This document shows positions 27,085 through 38,058 of a stretch of DNA of 47,573 nt, in pieces (position 1 is the stretch's first letter; each line of letters begins with the position of its first letter). The position numbers and the translations under genes are program-made. The notes beneath the pieces were generated by a model, which had not been told where the DNA came from, ran no database searches, and was given only the letters and a program-made list of their open reading frames with translations. This stretch comes from Terriglobia bacterium. GTDB lineage: Bacteria; Acidobacteriota; Terriglobia; Versatilivoradales; Versatilivoraceae. The stretch spans positions 1-47,573 of the forward strand of contig DATKMG010000802.1 in assembly GCA_035541995.1 (NCBI GenBank). The letters are read 5' to 3'.

Positions 27085-28830
27085 TCACTCTCTGAAAGTA
27101 CCATCCAAAAAAGGCCGGAGTTTGCGACTGCGTGAAGGATGACGCAATTTACGCAGGGCCTTGGCCTCAATTTGTCGGATGCGTTCGCGGGTCACAGCAA
27201 AATTCTGCCCTACCTCCTCCAGGGTATGATCACTGCCATTATCCAGGCCAAAGCGCATTTTAATGACCTTCTCCTCCCTGGGGGTGAGCGTCTTCAGAAC
27301 ATTTTCGGTCATCTCTTTAAGGTTGATGTTGATCACCGCTTCAGCTGGGGAGACAACTTGACGGTCTTCGATGAAGTCACCCAGATGAGAATCTTCCTCT
27401 TCGCCGATGGGTGTTTCCAGGGAAATCGGTTCCTGGGCGATCTTGAATACTTTGCGGACCTTCTGCACGGGGATATCCATGCGCACCGCGATCTCTTCGG
27501 AAGTGGGCTCCCGACCTAGCTCTTGCACTAGGCTTCGGGAGGTCCGGATCAGTTTGTTGATTGTCTCGATCATATGAACCGGTATGCGAATGGTCCTGGC
27601 CTGATCGGCGATGGCCCGAGTAATGGCTTGGCGGATCCACCAGGTGGCGTAGGTCGAGAACTTGTATCCGCGTCGATACTCGAATTTGTCAACGGCCTTC
27701 ATCAGTCCGATGTTCCCCTCCTGAATTAGGTCGAGAAACTGCAACCCTCGGTTAGTGTATTTCTTGGCGATAGACACGACTAGACGCAAGTTCGCTTCCA
27801 CAAGCTCCCGTTTGGCCTCGTTGGCTTCGACGTCCCCCCGTTCAATGGTTTGAAGAGTCTTTCTTAAGTCACTCCCTCGTGTCTGTGACTCTTCTTCGAT
27901 AGTCGAAATCTTCTCCCGGACCCCCCTTAACTCCTTACTGATCAGGTTCAGGTTTTTCTTGTCTTTGGTGTGTTCCCTTTTCTTCTGCAGACGGGCCCCT
28001 TCCTTCTCCAGCGGCTTGAAGGCCTCGTACATGCGGCGAATCTGGTCAATTAGCCGGTTTCGCTCAGATGGGGTAAACTCCAGCCTTCGAACAGCTCGTG
28101 AAATGTGGATGCGCTGCCGTGCTAAGGCAAGGCGCTGTTTTCGCACCAGTTTGGCGCTCTTGCCGCGGAGTGGACCCTGAAACTTCAGACCCATTTGATT
28201 CAGCTTCTTGAACATTTTCTGGATCTCTTCGACACTTTGGACCGTCTCTCGAAGCTGATCTTCCGCTTTGTCATCCGCAAGCATGTCATCGTTGAGAACG
28301 ATAACATCGCTGATGGCGCGTTCTCCACGCTGCAACTGTCCCCCCAAGTTAATGATTTCCTTAATCACAATGGGGGAGCGGGACATGGCTTTTAGGACAC
28401 TCAGCTGACCTCGCTCGATCCGCTTGGCAATCTCCACTTCCCCTTCTCGAGTCAACAGCGGAACGGTACCCATTTCCCTCAAATAAAGCCGAACCGGATC
28501 ATTGGTCTTGTCGAGTGCTCCGGGTGTCAGGTCCAGCTCGATGTCATCCGGAGTTTCCTTGTCGAACCCCAGTTTCTCGGCCTCGGATATCTTAGGTTCT
28601 CCGTCCACCACTTCAATTCCCTGGGATCGGAAAATGGAGAACATGTCGTCGAGCTCGTCAGAAGAAGTCACATCAGAAGGCAACAAGTCGTTGACTTCGT
28701 CATAGAGGAGGTAGCCCTTCTCCTTCCCCATGTCGATCAGTTGTTTGACCTCGTCGTACTTGTCATCGAGCCCGAGGGTCAGACTCCGCTCCAGGGAATC
28801 TATTGTTTCGTTGTCGTCAATGTTTGCCAT
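27085..28830 (-). CDS. rpoD: RNA polymerase primary sigma factor (sigma-70)
   Basis: Region 2 ([38 protein letters not shown]), regions 3/4 ([20 protein letters not shown]) and an acidic region 1.1 are present. Confidence 0.96.
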   Translation of the reverse strand: MANIDDNETIDSLERSLTLGLDDKYDEVKQLIDMGKEKGYLLYDEVNDLLPSDVTSSDELDDMFSIFRSQGIEVVDGEPKISEAEKLGFDKETPDDIELDLTPGALDKTNDPVRLYLREMGTVPLLTREGEVEIAKRIERGQLSVLKAMSRSPIVIKEIINLGGQLQRGERAISDVIVLNDDMLADDKAEDQLRETVQSVEEIQKMFKKLNQMGLKFQGPLRGKSAKLVRKQRLALARQRIHISRAVRRLEFTPSERNRLIDQIRRMYEAFKPLEKEGARLQKKREHTKDKKNLNLISKELRGVREKISTIEEESQTRGSDLRKTLQTIERGDVEANEAKRELVEANLRLVVSIAKKYTNRGLQFLDLIQEGNIGLMKAVDKFEYRRGYKFSTYATWWIRQAITRAIADQARTIRIPVHMIETINKLIRTSRSLVQELGREPTSEEIAVRMDIPVQKVRKVFKIAQEPISLETPIGEEEDSHLGDFIEDRQVVSPAEAVININLKEMTENVLKTLTPREEKVIKMRFGLDNGSDHTLEEVGQNFAVTRERIRQIEAKALRKLRHPSRSRKLRPFLDGTFRE

Positions 28831-28919
28831 TTTTGTACGTTCCTTAGTTCATTAATATGCCGGTTCTCCGGTCTCAGGCCTCGCCCAGGCTGCAACTCTG
28901 TCGAGTGACAGCCGGGTTT

Positions 28920-30671
28920 TCAACGAGCCATGTTCTTCTTCAACTCGATCTTCCGGCTATGTAAGCTGGCCAGCAGTTCGTAATCCCTGGCATTTTCGGC
29001 GTGCTGAATCTGTTTCTGTAACGAGGCAATTTCTTGTTTTGTTTTTTGCCGGTGAATTGCTTCAAGGCAACGAGCGGCCTCTACCGGGTTTAATTCGTCA
29101 AAAAGCGCCTGGCTCAAAAGAAGTTGGTCCTGCTCGTTCTTTAGCCGATTCTGGAGATCTGCTATGTCAATCCTTCCCCGCTCGCGATAGAGAGAAATGA
29201 TTTCCTGAAAAAGACCTTCTGACTGAAGACCTTGGTGGTCCCCGGAAGCCGCCAGTTCCGGGATGACCTTCGAGGCAATCGTTTCATCCTCAAGGACGGC
29301 TTTCAGCAGATACTTCTCCGAGCATTTCAGACCGGCACGAATTGCGGCCTTCGAGATTGCGGAGGGTTCCCGATTCTCAGTCTTGGCATTCTTCAATTCC
29401 TCCCTTATCAAGGATTCTTCAATTCCAAAAGCCTCAGCCACCTTTCTGGCCAGTTCCGTTTTCTCGATTCGATTGGATATCCGTGCCAGGTAGGGCAACA
29501 TGAAACTCACGGCACCCACCTTTCCCTCGGTGGCCTTCAAGTCATGCGCCGAACGGGCCCTTTCCAGCAGGTAATCGAAATACTGGGGTGCCGACTCCAG
29601 AAGACGAAGGTATTCTGTAGCGCCATGCTTTTTGATAAACGAGTCAGGGTCTTCCCCGTCGGGCAGGGCAAGCACTCTGATTTGAAAGCCGCTTTCCAGG
29701 AAGATGTTTAATGATCTTAAGGCCGCGGCAGTCCCGGCTGAGTCCGGGTCAAAGTTCACCACGATTCTGTCGGTAAAGCGGGCCAGCACCCTAGCTTGGA
29801 GTTCGGTCAGGCTGGTTCCGCAGGAGGCCACGGCGTTTTCAATCCCCGCCTGGTGGAGGGCTATACAGTCCATGTACCCTTCCACGAGGATGGTACAATT
29901 CTTACGCCGTATCGCTTCCCGCCCATGATATAAGCCGTACAGCGTGCGGCTCTTGGAGTAAATAGCAGTTTCGGGAGAATTCAAGTATTTGGGTTGGCCC
30001 TCTCCCAGGATGCGCCCTCCGAATGCGATGACCTTTCCGCTTTCATTGCGAATTGGAAACATGACCCGCTTACGGAAGCGGTCAAAGCAGCGGGAGTCAA
30101 AATCACTGGATAGCACCAAGCCACTTCTCAACAATAGCTCGGTAGAGAATTGCTCGTTCAATCGCTGATATAGGGCATTGGAAGCGGTCTGAGCATATCC
30201 GAGGGCAAACCGTTCGATGGTCTGAGAGGACAGTCCTCTCTCTCTCAAATAGCTAGATGCTTGGCGGCCTTCCCGGCCACGCTGTAACTGCTCGGAGAAG
30301 AACGAGGCAGCTTTCTCGTGAATCTCCAGGAGCTTCAACCTCTCCTGTCCGGCCTCATCCGGCTCGGCCTCAAATGCAGTCTTGGGCAGCGGAATCCCAA
30401 AACGCTCCGCCAGGAACCTAACAGCTTCGGGAAAAGAGAGCCGCTCAACGGATTGGATAAACTTGATCACATCACCCTTTGCATCGCAACCAAAGCATTT
30501 GTAATACTGTCGTCCCGCGTGGACATTGAAGGACGGGGTCTTCTCTGAGTGGAATGGGCATAGCCCGATATAGTTGGCACCAACCTTGCGAAGACGCACG
30601 TACTCGGAGATCACGCGGACGATGTCCACATTGGATTTGACTTGATCGACAAAACTGTCATTAAACCGCAT
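28920..30671 (-). CDS. dnaG: DNA primase
   Basis: A zinc ribbon (CPFHSEKTPSFNV...YKCFGC) and a TOPRIM domain (ILVEGYMDCIAL, DPDSAG) are present. Confidence 0.93.
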   Translation of the reverse strand: MRFNDSFVDQVKSNVDIVRVISEYVRLRKVGANYIGLCPFHSEKTPSFNVHAGRQYYKCFGCDAKGDVIKFIQSVERLSFPEAVRFLAERFGIPLPKTAFEAEPDEAGQERLKLLEIHEKAASFFSEQLQRGREGRQASSYLRERGLSSQTIERFALGYAQTASNALYQRLNEQFSTELLLRSGLVLSSDFDSRCFDRFRKRVMFPIRNESGKVIAFGGRILGEGQPKYLNSPETAIYSKSRTLYGLYHGREAIRRKNCTILVEGYMDCIALHQAGIENAVASCGTSLTELQARVLARFTDRIVVNFDPDSAGTAAALRSLNIFLESGFQIRVLALPDGEDPDSFIKKHGATEYLRLLESAPQYFDYLLERARSAHDLKATEGKVGAVSFMLPYLARISNRIEKTELARKVAEAFGIEESLIREELKNAKTENREPSAISKAAIRAGLKCSEKYLLKAVLEDETIASKVIPELAASGDHQGLQSEGLFQEIISLYRERGRIDIADLQNRLKNEQDQLLLSQALFDELNPVEAARCLEAIHRQKTKQEIASLQKQIQHAENARDYELLASLHSRKIELKKNMAR

Positions 30672-33064
30672 CAGGATTTCAGGGAGACCACAGTAACGGC
30701 CTTACCGCCTTCGCCGGGAGGCGCAGGATGAAACTCTTCGACATAGGGCTGGGAGGACAGCCATTCAGAGATGGCTTTTTTCAGTATCCCCATCCCATAG
30801 CCATGAATCAAGCGCACTGATGTAATGGAGGCCAGAAAAGCCTGATCCAAAAATTTGTCTGTCCGGCGGATAGCATCTTCCACGGTACAGCCCACCAGAT
30901 TAAGCTCATTGCCGGCTAACTCCGGAGTGTTCAGGCGTACCGTAATGTGTGAAGGGGCTGAACGCTCCAGGCTGGAGTCAGGTTCCACCGAACCAGTCAA
31001 TTCGAGCTCTGCCGCACTCAGGACACATTTCATATTGCCAACTGCAACCTCCCACTGGTCCTCTTTGTGGGCTGCAATAACCATCCCGGGTTGGCCGAAA
31101 CGCTTGACTTGGACCTTGACACCGGGTTTCAATTGACGCCCGCAATCCACCCGCACAGTCGGGAGGGCAGTTCCCCCGGGTTCCGTTGGCCGGTCTAACT
31201 CGCTTTGAGCGTGTTCCCGAAGACGAGCGGTCTTCCGCTCGATCTCCCTTCTAGCTTTAACTGCCAAGAACTTGTCCTTGACTTCTGCCAACAGCTGGCG
31301 AGTCTCTTGCTCGAAAGTCTGGAAAGCGCGCTGCCAGTGCTGTCCGACCCTCTGACGTTCGTCTTCTATCAACTGCCGATGCTCCAGTTCCAGTGCCGCT
31401 CGGCGCTCTTTGAGTTGGCGTAGTTCCACGCTGAGCTGTTCCTGAGTCTGTCGAACCGAATCAATCTGTTCATGGAGCTGTCTGGAGAACCGGGCAATCG
31501 ATATTTCATCCTCCGAGATTTGACTTCGGGCATAGTCGAGTAGGGCTTCTTCCAATCCCAACCTTCTGGCAACCTCAATACCGCTACTATTGCCGGGGAA
31601 CCCGTGAAGAAGACGGAATGTAGGCTGCAGCGTAGCCTGGTCAAACTCCATACTCCCATTGGAAACCCCGGGCGTCCGAGACGCATACATTTTCAGACCG
31701 TTATGATGCGTCGTCGCAACCGTTATAGCGCCTTTGCTTCGGAGACTATCGACAATGGCCACCCCTAGAGCCGACCCTTCAGCCGGGTCAGTTCCTGTCC
31801 CCAGTTCATCCAGCAATACCAGAGCTGGAGGGGAGACTTTCTCGAGAATGTCCCGGATATTGATTAGATGCGACGAGAAAGTACTCAGATTTTCGGCGAT
31901 CGACTGTCGATCACCAATATCGGCCAGAACTTGATGAAAAACGCAGCAATCAGCGAACTCAGCAGGCACTGGAATGCCCGAAAGTGCCATCAGTGTGAGA
32001 AGCCCGACTGTTTTCAAGGCCACCGTCTTTCCACCGGTGTTGGGTCCGCTAATGATCAGGATCTGTCGTGAGTGGTTCAGTTGCACGGAAATGGGTACCA
32101 CTTCTTTTCCTTGGGTTTGGAGTGCATTCTCCAAAATGGGGTGACGTCCTTCAACCAAGGTAAGAACCCCATCCTTATTGATACTCGGCAGGGTGCAGCG
32201 ATGTTTCTTGTGGAAGCGTGCTCTAGCCTGGAGTGAATCGAGAAGCCCCAATACCTCATGAGTTTGCAGCAACTGATCCAGATGCTCCCGCAATTGCTGG
32301 GTCAGGAATCCCAGGATCCGCCGGATTTCCTCACTTACCTCCTCCTGGAGACGAACCATGTGGTTGTTCAGTTCTATGGTCTCTAACGGCTCCACGAAAA
32401 CAGTCAATCCGCTGGAACTGGTTCCGTGAACTACACCGGTCAGTTCTTTCCGCTTTTCGGCCCGAACTGGGACCACGAAGCGCTCATTGCGGACCGTGAT
32501 CACTTCGTCCTGCAGAACCTGCGCTCCATTGAGTCTCCTGGATATGTCTTCAAGCGAACGATAAAGCCGCCCCCGAAGCGTAATCACTTCTTTCCTTAGC
32601 CGCCTCAATTCCGGGCTAGCATTGTCGTCGACTTCCCCCGTCTCATTAATCTTGCCTTCAATCGATACAATCAGCTGGTTTAATTGCGGAATCTGCCGTT
32701 CCAATGCCTGCAGATTCGGACAGCCACTCCCCGCCTTCTGCAGCAGGCTCTTGGAGACCCGTCCAGCGTGCAGCAGACGGGTTAAAGACAGAATCTCCTG
32801 AGTCTCCAGAAGGGTTCCTCCAATCCTGAGTTTCTCAAAAATCGAAGCACAGTCCTCGATGCCGTCGAAGCAAGGGTTTTGGCCTGCTTCCATTAGTTGG
32901 AGCCATTCCCCAATCAGGGCAAGCTGTTTCTGAATTTCGCTGGGCTGCGTTAGAGGAGCCAGTCGTTCAATGACTTGCACTCCCAAAGGCGAATCCGACA
33001 ACTGAATGATGATGCCAATTAAGGCTCTGAACTCAAGTAACTCACAGTTATATTCAGGAGTCAT
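30671..33064 (-). CDS. mutS2: Endonuclease MutS2 (MutS ATPase plus C-terminal Smr domain)
   Basis: Walker A is ISGPNTGGKTV, followed by DELGTGTDP and a C-terminal Smr domain (LIHGYGMGILK). The stop overlaps the dnaG start by 1 nt. I preferred the ATG at 33064 over the TTG at 33082. Confidence 0.9.
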   Translation of the reverse strand: MTPEYNCELLEFRALIGIIIQLSDSPLGVQVIERLAPLTQPSEIQKQLALIGEWLQLMEAGQNPCFDGIEDCASIFEKLRIGGTLLETQEILSLTRLLHAGRVSKSLLQKAGSGCPNLQALERQIPQLNQLIVSIEGKINETGEVDDNASPELRRLRKEVITLRGRLYRSLEDISRRLNGAQVLQDEVITVRNERFVVPVRAEKRKELTGVVHGTSSSGLTVFVEPLETIELNNHMVRLQEEVSEEIRRILGFLTQQLREHLDQLLQTHEVLGLLDSLQARARFHKKHRCTLPSINKDGVLTLVEGRHPILENALQTQGKEVVPISVQLNHSRQILIISGPNTGGKTVALKTVGLLTLMALSGIPVPAEFADCCVFHQVLADIGDRQSIAENLSTFSSHLINIRDILEKVSPPALVLLDELGTGTDPAEGSALGVAIVDSLRSKGAITVATTHHNGLKMYASRTPGVSNGSMEFDQATLQPTFRLLHGFPGNSSGIEVARRLGLEEALLDYARSQISEDEISIARFSRQLHEQIDSVRQTQEQLSVELRQLKERRAALELEHRQLIEDERQRVGQHWQRAFQTFEQETRQLLAEVKDKFLAVKARREIERKTARLREHAQSELDRPTEPGGTALPTVRVDCGRQLKPGVKVQVKRFGQPGMVIAAHKEDQWEVAVGNMKCVLSAAELELTGSVEPDSSLERSAPSHITVRLNTPELAGNELNLVGCTVEDAIRRTDKFLDQAFLASITSVRLIHGYGMGILKKAISEWLSSQPYVEEFHPAPPGEGGKAVTVVSLKS

Positions 33065-33411
33065 TGATGATGCGAGCCTCAATTCTGGCTGCAGAGAAAA
33101 CCCCTTATTCTAACCTCACAGCATCTGGGTGTCAACTCCATTATCAGATCCCCCGGCATCATTGTCAAATCCTTGGCAGAGAAAATCTATGCAAAGAGAA
33201 CTCTCTTCTCTCTGCTCGCCTCTACAAACTCAACTCATAGAGCTGCTCCCGGCAGCAGTAAGGAAAGGAGAGACGTCTGTTTTTTAAGCGGATGTAAGAG
33301 TGAAGGGTATCCGGGCGGAGAAAAGTGGTAACTCGGCAGAACCTCTTGCTTTTTAACCTACCTGGTCAATCGACCAGAAAGAACCCGCAAGAACCAACGA
33401 AAAGAAAACGA

Positions 33412-33585
33412 TCAGGGAAAAATCTGATCACGAAAGTCCAACATCTTGACCCAAACGGCGGCTACTACAACCAGAGTCAAACTGACTGCCAAGTTCTTTT
33501 CCATCAGGAATTTCAAAAAATATCCGCCCGCAAAGCCAATCAAGCCCAGCATGGCGAAAATCCCGCTGGTAAATAACCGTTTCAT
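33412..33585 (-). CDS. Small (57 aa) two-TM membrane protein, hypothetical
   Basis: My own translation is MKRLFTSGIFAMLGLIGFAGGYFLKFLMEKNLAVSLTLVVVAAVWVKMLDFRDQIFP. GAGG lies about 5 nt upstream. The ORF is below the 60 aa cut-off of the track. Confidence 0.3.
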   Translation of the reverse strand: MKRLFTSGIFAMLGLIGFAGGYFLKFLMEKNLAVSLTLVVVAAVWVKMLDFRDQIFP

Positions 33586-33883
33586 CGCGCCTCGAAGCCC
33601 TTTCTATATGCCCCAGTTTCATGAGGGTTTCTATGGAGTAACCTTCTCATTGGTATTATTCGACACAACATAACAGAAAACCACAGAAATGACATTTGAC
33701 ACTCATAACTGCAAGCAATTCAATCTATTACAATCTTCCCAAGGCTGCATCTAATCTTTTGCCTAGACCATTGCCGCGTCGACCTTATGCTAGACTCCCC
33801 GGCATGAGTACTATGTACGATTTCAGCACAAGCGGCGTGAGTATGGAGCGGTGATAAGCGAGTCCATTTGCAGGAGACAACGG

Positions 33884-34807
33884 CTAGTGGCAAGAACGCA
33901 TCTCCTGATGCCTGAGGCTGACTTCCTCAAGCTGGATGGTGGTGTGGTCGATTCCGAAGTGACCCCGCATGATTGTACTCAATTCTTCCAGAATCTTGTG
34001 CCGGTCCTTCTCTCCGCAAAGAACTGCATGGCAGCTCATTGCATGGATGCCGGAGGTCAGTGTCCAGATGTGAAGGTCGTGGACGGACTCTACCCCATCC
34101 ACTCGACAGAGGGTGTCTGTAACTTCTACCAGATTGATGTGTGCTGGAGTTCCCTCCAGCAGAATGTCGGCCGAGTCCTTCACGAGTCGCCACGCACTAT
34201 AGAGAATAAGCACTCCCACCAGGACGCTGGTAAGCGGATCGGCCCATAACCAGCCTTTCCACCACATTAATAGTCCGGCTGCGATGGTTCCAATAGAACT
34301 GGCCGCATCACCTACCACGTGGAGGAACGCGCCCTTCATGTTTATGCTGGAGTGATGGCACTGGTGAAGGGCGTAAGCACTCAAGATGTTGACCAGCAAC
34401 CCAACGATGGCGATCCACAACAGGAGACGACTGTTAACCGGTGGCGGATTCACAATGCGGTGACAAGCTTCGTAGAAGATCAGGAGGGACAAAACAATCA
34501 ACCCAGCACCATTCACCAAGGCTGCCAGAATTTCTACACGGAAGAAGCCGTAAGTTTTGGCTGGAGTGGCGGGACGCGAGGAAAACCACAAAGCAAACAG
34601 ACTGAGCCCGAGGGCTGCTGCATCGGTGAGCATGTGTCCTGCATCGGCCATCAGAACCAGACTGTTGGCCACCATTCCGCCGATGAACTCCACGATCATG
34701 AAGACAACAGTCAATATCAGAGCCGTCTTCAAGGCAGAACGCTCAGCGATTCGGGAAGGATGGGCTGAGGATTCGAGATTAACGAGCTTAACTCCCTTCC
34801 ACGTCAT
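33884..34807 (-). CDS. Cation diffusion facilitator (CzcD/ZitB-type) metal efflux transporter
   Basis: The product has six TM segments, the motifs HMLTDAAAL and HVVGDAASS, and a C-terminal cytoplasmic domain (VHDLHIWTLTSG). Confidence 0.9.
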   Translation of the reverse strand: MTWKGVKLVNLESSAHPSRIAERSALKTALILTVVFMIVEFIGGMVANSLVLMADAGHMLTDAAALGLSLFALWFSSRPATPAKTYGFFRVEILAALVNGAGLIVLSLLIFYEACHRIVNPPPVNSRLLLWIAIVGLLVNILSAYALHQCHHSSINMKGAFLHVVGDAASSIGTIAAGLLMWWKGWLWADPLTSVLVGVLILYSAWRLVKDSADILLEGTPAHINLVEVTDTLCRVDGVESVHDLHIWTLTSGIHAMSCHAVLCGEKDRHKILEELSTIMRGHFGIDHTTIQLEEVSLRHQEMRSCH

Positions 34808-35858
34808 TGCGAGAACGGTTCTTTACACGATACATGGCCTGGTCCGCCAGGCGGACCAGTTCTACCTTACTGATGGCATTCTCAGGATATGCTGCCACTC
34901 CAAAACTGGCAGTGATTTTAACCTTGATGTCGTCGTCCAATTGGATGGAGGTTTTGTCAAGCAGGTCACATAGTCTACGGGCCACCAGCAAAGCATTCTC
35001 CTTTGATGTTTGGGGGAGCAGGAGGATGAATTCGTCGCCTCCATAGCGGTAGGCCGTGTCGATATCACGGAGATGCTTTCGTACCAGGTCTCCGATTTCC
35101 CGAAGCAGACGGCTGCCGCATAAGTGCCCAAAGGTGTCGTTCACTAATTTGAACCGGTCCAGATCAAAAAAGATAATTGCGAATTTGTAATTGTAGCGTT
35201 TGGAACGGCTCAACTCAGCGTCAATCATGTAGTTGAAATAGCGAGAATTGTAGAGATTGGTACAATCGTCGGTGATGGTGAGCTCTTGGATTTTCCGGAC
35301 GTACATCGCATTCTCAATGGCAATGGCGGCATAGTCTGCCAAGGAGGTCAACATAGACAGATCCTCTTCCGGAAAGGCTCCCTCAAAGCAATTGATCAGT
35401 TCGATCACGCCCAGGGTTCTCTCTTTGCTGGTCAAGGGGACACATACAACCGATTTGATGTCGCGATAAACCTGACCATCGGCGTCGACCGAAAAACGAG
35501 GGTCCATCGAAACATCACCGCAGATCACTGGCTTGCCATGCTGAGCCACCCAGCCAGCTATGCCTTGCCCAATCTTAATTCGGCTTTCTTTAATCTGCTC
35601 CGAGTCTTTACCCACCGCGATCTGGAAAAGAAGCTCCTGCTTCTTGTCGTCAATCAGGAGTAGTGACCAGGTAGTCGGTTGAAGTAGTTCGCTAATTTTG
35701 CCCATAATCAGAGTAAGCACTTCCTGTAGATCCAAAGTCGATGTTAGCGCTTTTCCAACCTGGTGGAAGATCGAAAGCTCTTCAACCTTTTTTTCCAAAT
35801 CCTTAATCTGGTTTGGGCTCAGCATTTGGGAGAATGATAGAGTATTTTGCGGTAGCAC
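34788..35858 (-). CDS. GAF-domain diguanylate cyclase (GGDEF)
   Basis: An N-terminal GAF region is followed by a GGDEF domain with YGGDEF and RYNYKFAIIFFDLDRFKLVND. Confidence 0.88.
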   Translation of the reverse strand: MLPQNTLSFSQMLSPNQIKDLEKKVEELSIFHQVGKALTSTLDLQEVLTLIMGKISELLQPTTWSLLLIDDKKQELLFQIAVGKDSEQIKESRIKIGQGIAGWVAQHGKPVICGDVSMDPRFSVDADGQVYRDIKSVVCVPLTSKERTLGVIELINCFEGAFPEEDLSMLTSLADYAAIAIENAMYVRKIQELTITDDCTNLYNSRYFNYMIDAELSRSKRYNYKFAIIFFDLDRFKLVNDTFGHLCGSRLLREIGDLVRKHLRDIDTAYRYGGDEFILLLPQTSKENALLVARRLCDLLDKTSIQLDDDIKVKITASFGVAAYPENAISKVELVRLADQAMYRVKNRSRNDVEGS

Positions 35859-36028
35859 GCATAGGACTTTCCAAGAGCCGGGTGTTCCAGGCCCAGAAGA
35901 CCATCAGATTCATCATATCGGAACCCATGATCATTTAGCTTAGAACTCGTTCAGAATTCAAGAATTGACTTTAGAGTGAGTCCCAGCAAAAGGCTCCAAA
36001 TCTCTAACGTTTTTTCAGGAGGTTCTCG

Positions 36029-36253
36029 ATGCAGCCAAAGTTTCGTCTCCTACCCTTTCTGAAGTCCCTGGTCGCGGTTGTGGGTGGAAACATTGTTTAT
36101 CTTTACATAAGAAAGTGGTTACCCGAATCGTTGAGGCACGAGCCCTTTCGTCTGGATTGGGGGATTGTGGCTGACTTCTGGATTTGTGTGGCGTTGTGGG
36201 GACTCTTGGACCTCGCCCATAATGTAGTCAGGAAACTACGAAGTGGACCTTGA
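36029..36253 (+). CDS. Small membrane protein (hypothetical)
   Basis: AGGAGG lies 6 nt upstream of the ATG. The 74 aa product has two hydrophobic helices. Confidence 0.45.
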   Translation: MQPKFRLLPFLKSLVAVVGGNIVYLYIRKWLPESLRHEPFRLDWGIVADFWICVALWGLLDLAHNVVRKLRSGP

Positions 36254-36344
36254 GCGATTATATTGACCTTTAGCTTATAAGGTTGAATTAATCGGCATGC
36301 TGGCGGACAATGAAGACTGAGTCGCTCGATCGGAAGGAAGGTTC

Positions 36345-38045
36345 TTGGGATTCATGAAATGGAAACTGGCAAGTCCTGACCCGACAGTGGTAAAGGAACT
36401 GACAAGAGGCCTGGGAATCCCCGGGTTGGTAGCCACCCTTCTTGTCAACCGGGGGATTGTCAGCGCCTTTGAGGCCAGAAGGTTTCTTCAGCCTCAATTC
36501 GAGCACCTGCGCGATCCGTATGGTATGAGGGATCTTTCCATTGCCGTCCACCGCGTTTTGGATGCGATTGAACGGAACGAGAAGATTTTGATTTACGGCG
36601 ATTACGATGTGGACGGCGCGACGGCTGTGGTCATTCTGAAAAAGGCCCTCGATTTGTTGGATGCCAGGACTTCATACCATATCCCACGTCGGTTGTTGGA
36701 CGGCTACGGAATGAAATCGGACGTTGTCGAGCGGGCGGCAATCGAGGGAGTACGGCTAGTCATCAGCGTGGATACCGGGATTAAAGCATTTGACGTTGTC
36801 GAGAAGGCGTCCCAACTTGGAGTAGACTGCATCATCACGGACCACCATCTCCCCGAAAATGGTCTCCCCCACGCTTTGGCAGTTCTCAACCCGAAGCGAC
36901 CGGATTGCTCTTATCCAGACAAAAATCTCAGTGGGGTAGGAGTGGCGTTCAAGCTGGTCCAGGCACTGCTCATGAAGGCGGGCCGAGAGAAACTGCTTCC
37001 CTCCTTCCTGAAGATTGTTGCGATTGGGACGATTGCAGATGTGGTTCCTCTGATAGGGGAAAACCGCGTGCTTGCCAAACTGGGGCTCGAGGGTCTTCAA
37101 GTACCCGTCAACTTCGGGTTGAAATCGCTGATTGAGGCGGCAGGGTTGGATGGTAAAGCCATCACTAGTTCGGATGTGGGCTTTCGAATAGCCCCGAGAA
37201 TTAACGCCGTAGGAAGGTTGGGGGACGTTGAACAGGTCATCCGACTTTTTACATCGACGGATGAAGAACAGACGCGTATCCTGGCCGGGGAGATGAATCG
37301 GCTCAATCGGGAACGTCAACAGATCGAAGACCAAATCCTGAAATGCATCGAGGACCGGTTCGATGCGGAGCCTGAGTTAGTCAGTGACTGGGTCATCGTC
37401 GTAGACGGCGAGGGATGGCACCGCGGGGTCATTGGAATAGCTGCGACCAAGTTGACCGAGCGGTTTCATCGGCCTGTTCTGGTTATCTCCAGGGAGGGAG
37501 ATCAGGGATATGGCTCAGGCCGGGCTCCCAACGGGTTTCAACTGCTTTGTGCCTTGGACCATTGTCGGGATCTATTTGGGCGGTTTGGGGGTCATGCCCA
37601 GGCTGTCGGTTTTCAGCTGCCGATCAGCCGATTGGGCGAGTTACGCCGAATCGTCAATGATTATGCCCGGCAGACTATCCAATTGGAGGATCTTCAACCC
37701 AGCCTTGAGGCAGAAGCTGAGCTTCGGCTTTCCGACGTCGATCATGCCCTGTTCGAACAGATCCAGCGCTTGTCCCCCTTCGGTATGTCCAATCCACAGC
37801 CGCTTTTTTTGGTTCGCGACGTTCGCGTAATCGCTGATCCCAGGGTGCTAAAGAACCGCCATCTGAAATTCCGTGTTGAGCAGGACGGGAAATCTATGGA
37901 TGCGATCGGTTGGAATATGGCCCAACATTGCCAGCCAATCGTGGAGTCCAGCCAACTCCTTTCGTTGGCCTTCGAACTGTCGGAAAGTACCTTCCAGTCG
38001 ATGAAATCCCTGCAATTAGTTGTGAAGGACATCCACATTCACTGA
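36345..38045 (+). CDS. recJ: Single-stranded-DNA-specific exonuclease RecJ
   Basis: DHH motifs (IYGDYDVDGATA, VDTGI, ITDHH) and a DHHA1 region (GGHAQAVGF) are present. The start is either TTG 36345 or ATG 36354. Confidence 0.92.
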   Translation: MGFMKWKLASPDPTVVKELTRGLGIPGLVATLLVNRGIVSAFEARRFLQPQFEHLRDPYGMRDLSIAVHRVLDAIERNEKILIYGDYDVDGATAVVILKKALDLLDARTSYHIPRRLLDGYGMKSDVVERAAIEGVRLVISVDTGIKAFDVVEKASQLGVDCIITDHHLPENGLPHALAVLNPKRPDCSYPDKNLSGVGVAFKLVQALLMKAGREKLLPSFLKIVAIGTIADVVPLIGENRVLAKLGLEGLQVPVNFGLKSLIEAAGLDGKAITSSDVGFRIAPRINAVGRLGDVEQVIRLFTSTDEEQTRILAGEMNRLNRERQQIEDQILKCIEDRFDAEPELVSDWVIVVDGEGWHRGVIGIAATKLTERFHRPVLVISREGDQGYGSGRAPNGFQLLCALDHCRDLFGRFGGHAQAVGFQLPISRLGELRRIVNDYARQTIQLEDLQPSLEAEAELRLSDVDHALFEQIQRLSPFGMSNPQPLFLVRDVRVIADPRVLKNRHLKFRVEQDGKSMDAIGWNMAQHCQPIVESSQLLSLAFELSESTFQSMKSLQLVVKDIHIH

Positions 38046-38058
38046 GACCGGTCGGCCC

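Noticed and set aside
33325-33673. Three overlapping 64-83 aa ORFs from the track, on both strands.
   Set aside because: The products are basic or low-complexity and mutually exclusive. The only membrane-protein-like reading is the 57 aa minus-strand ORF at 33412-33585, listed as a low-confidence feature.
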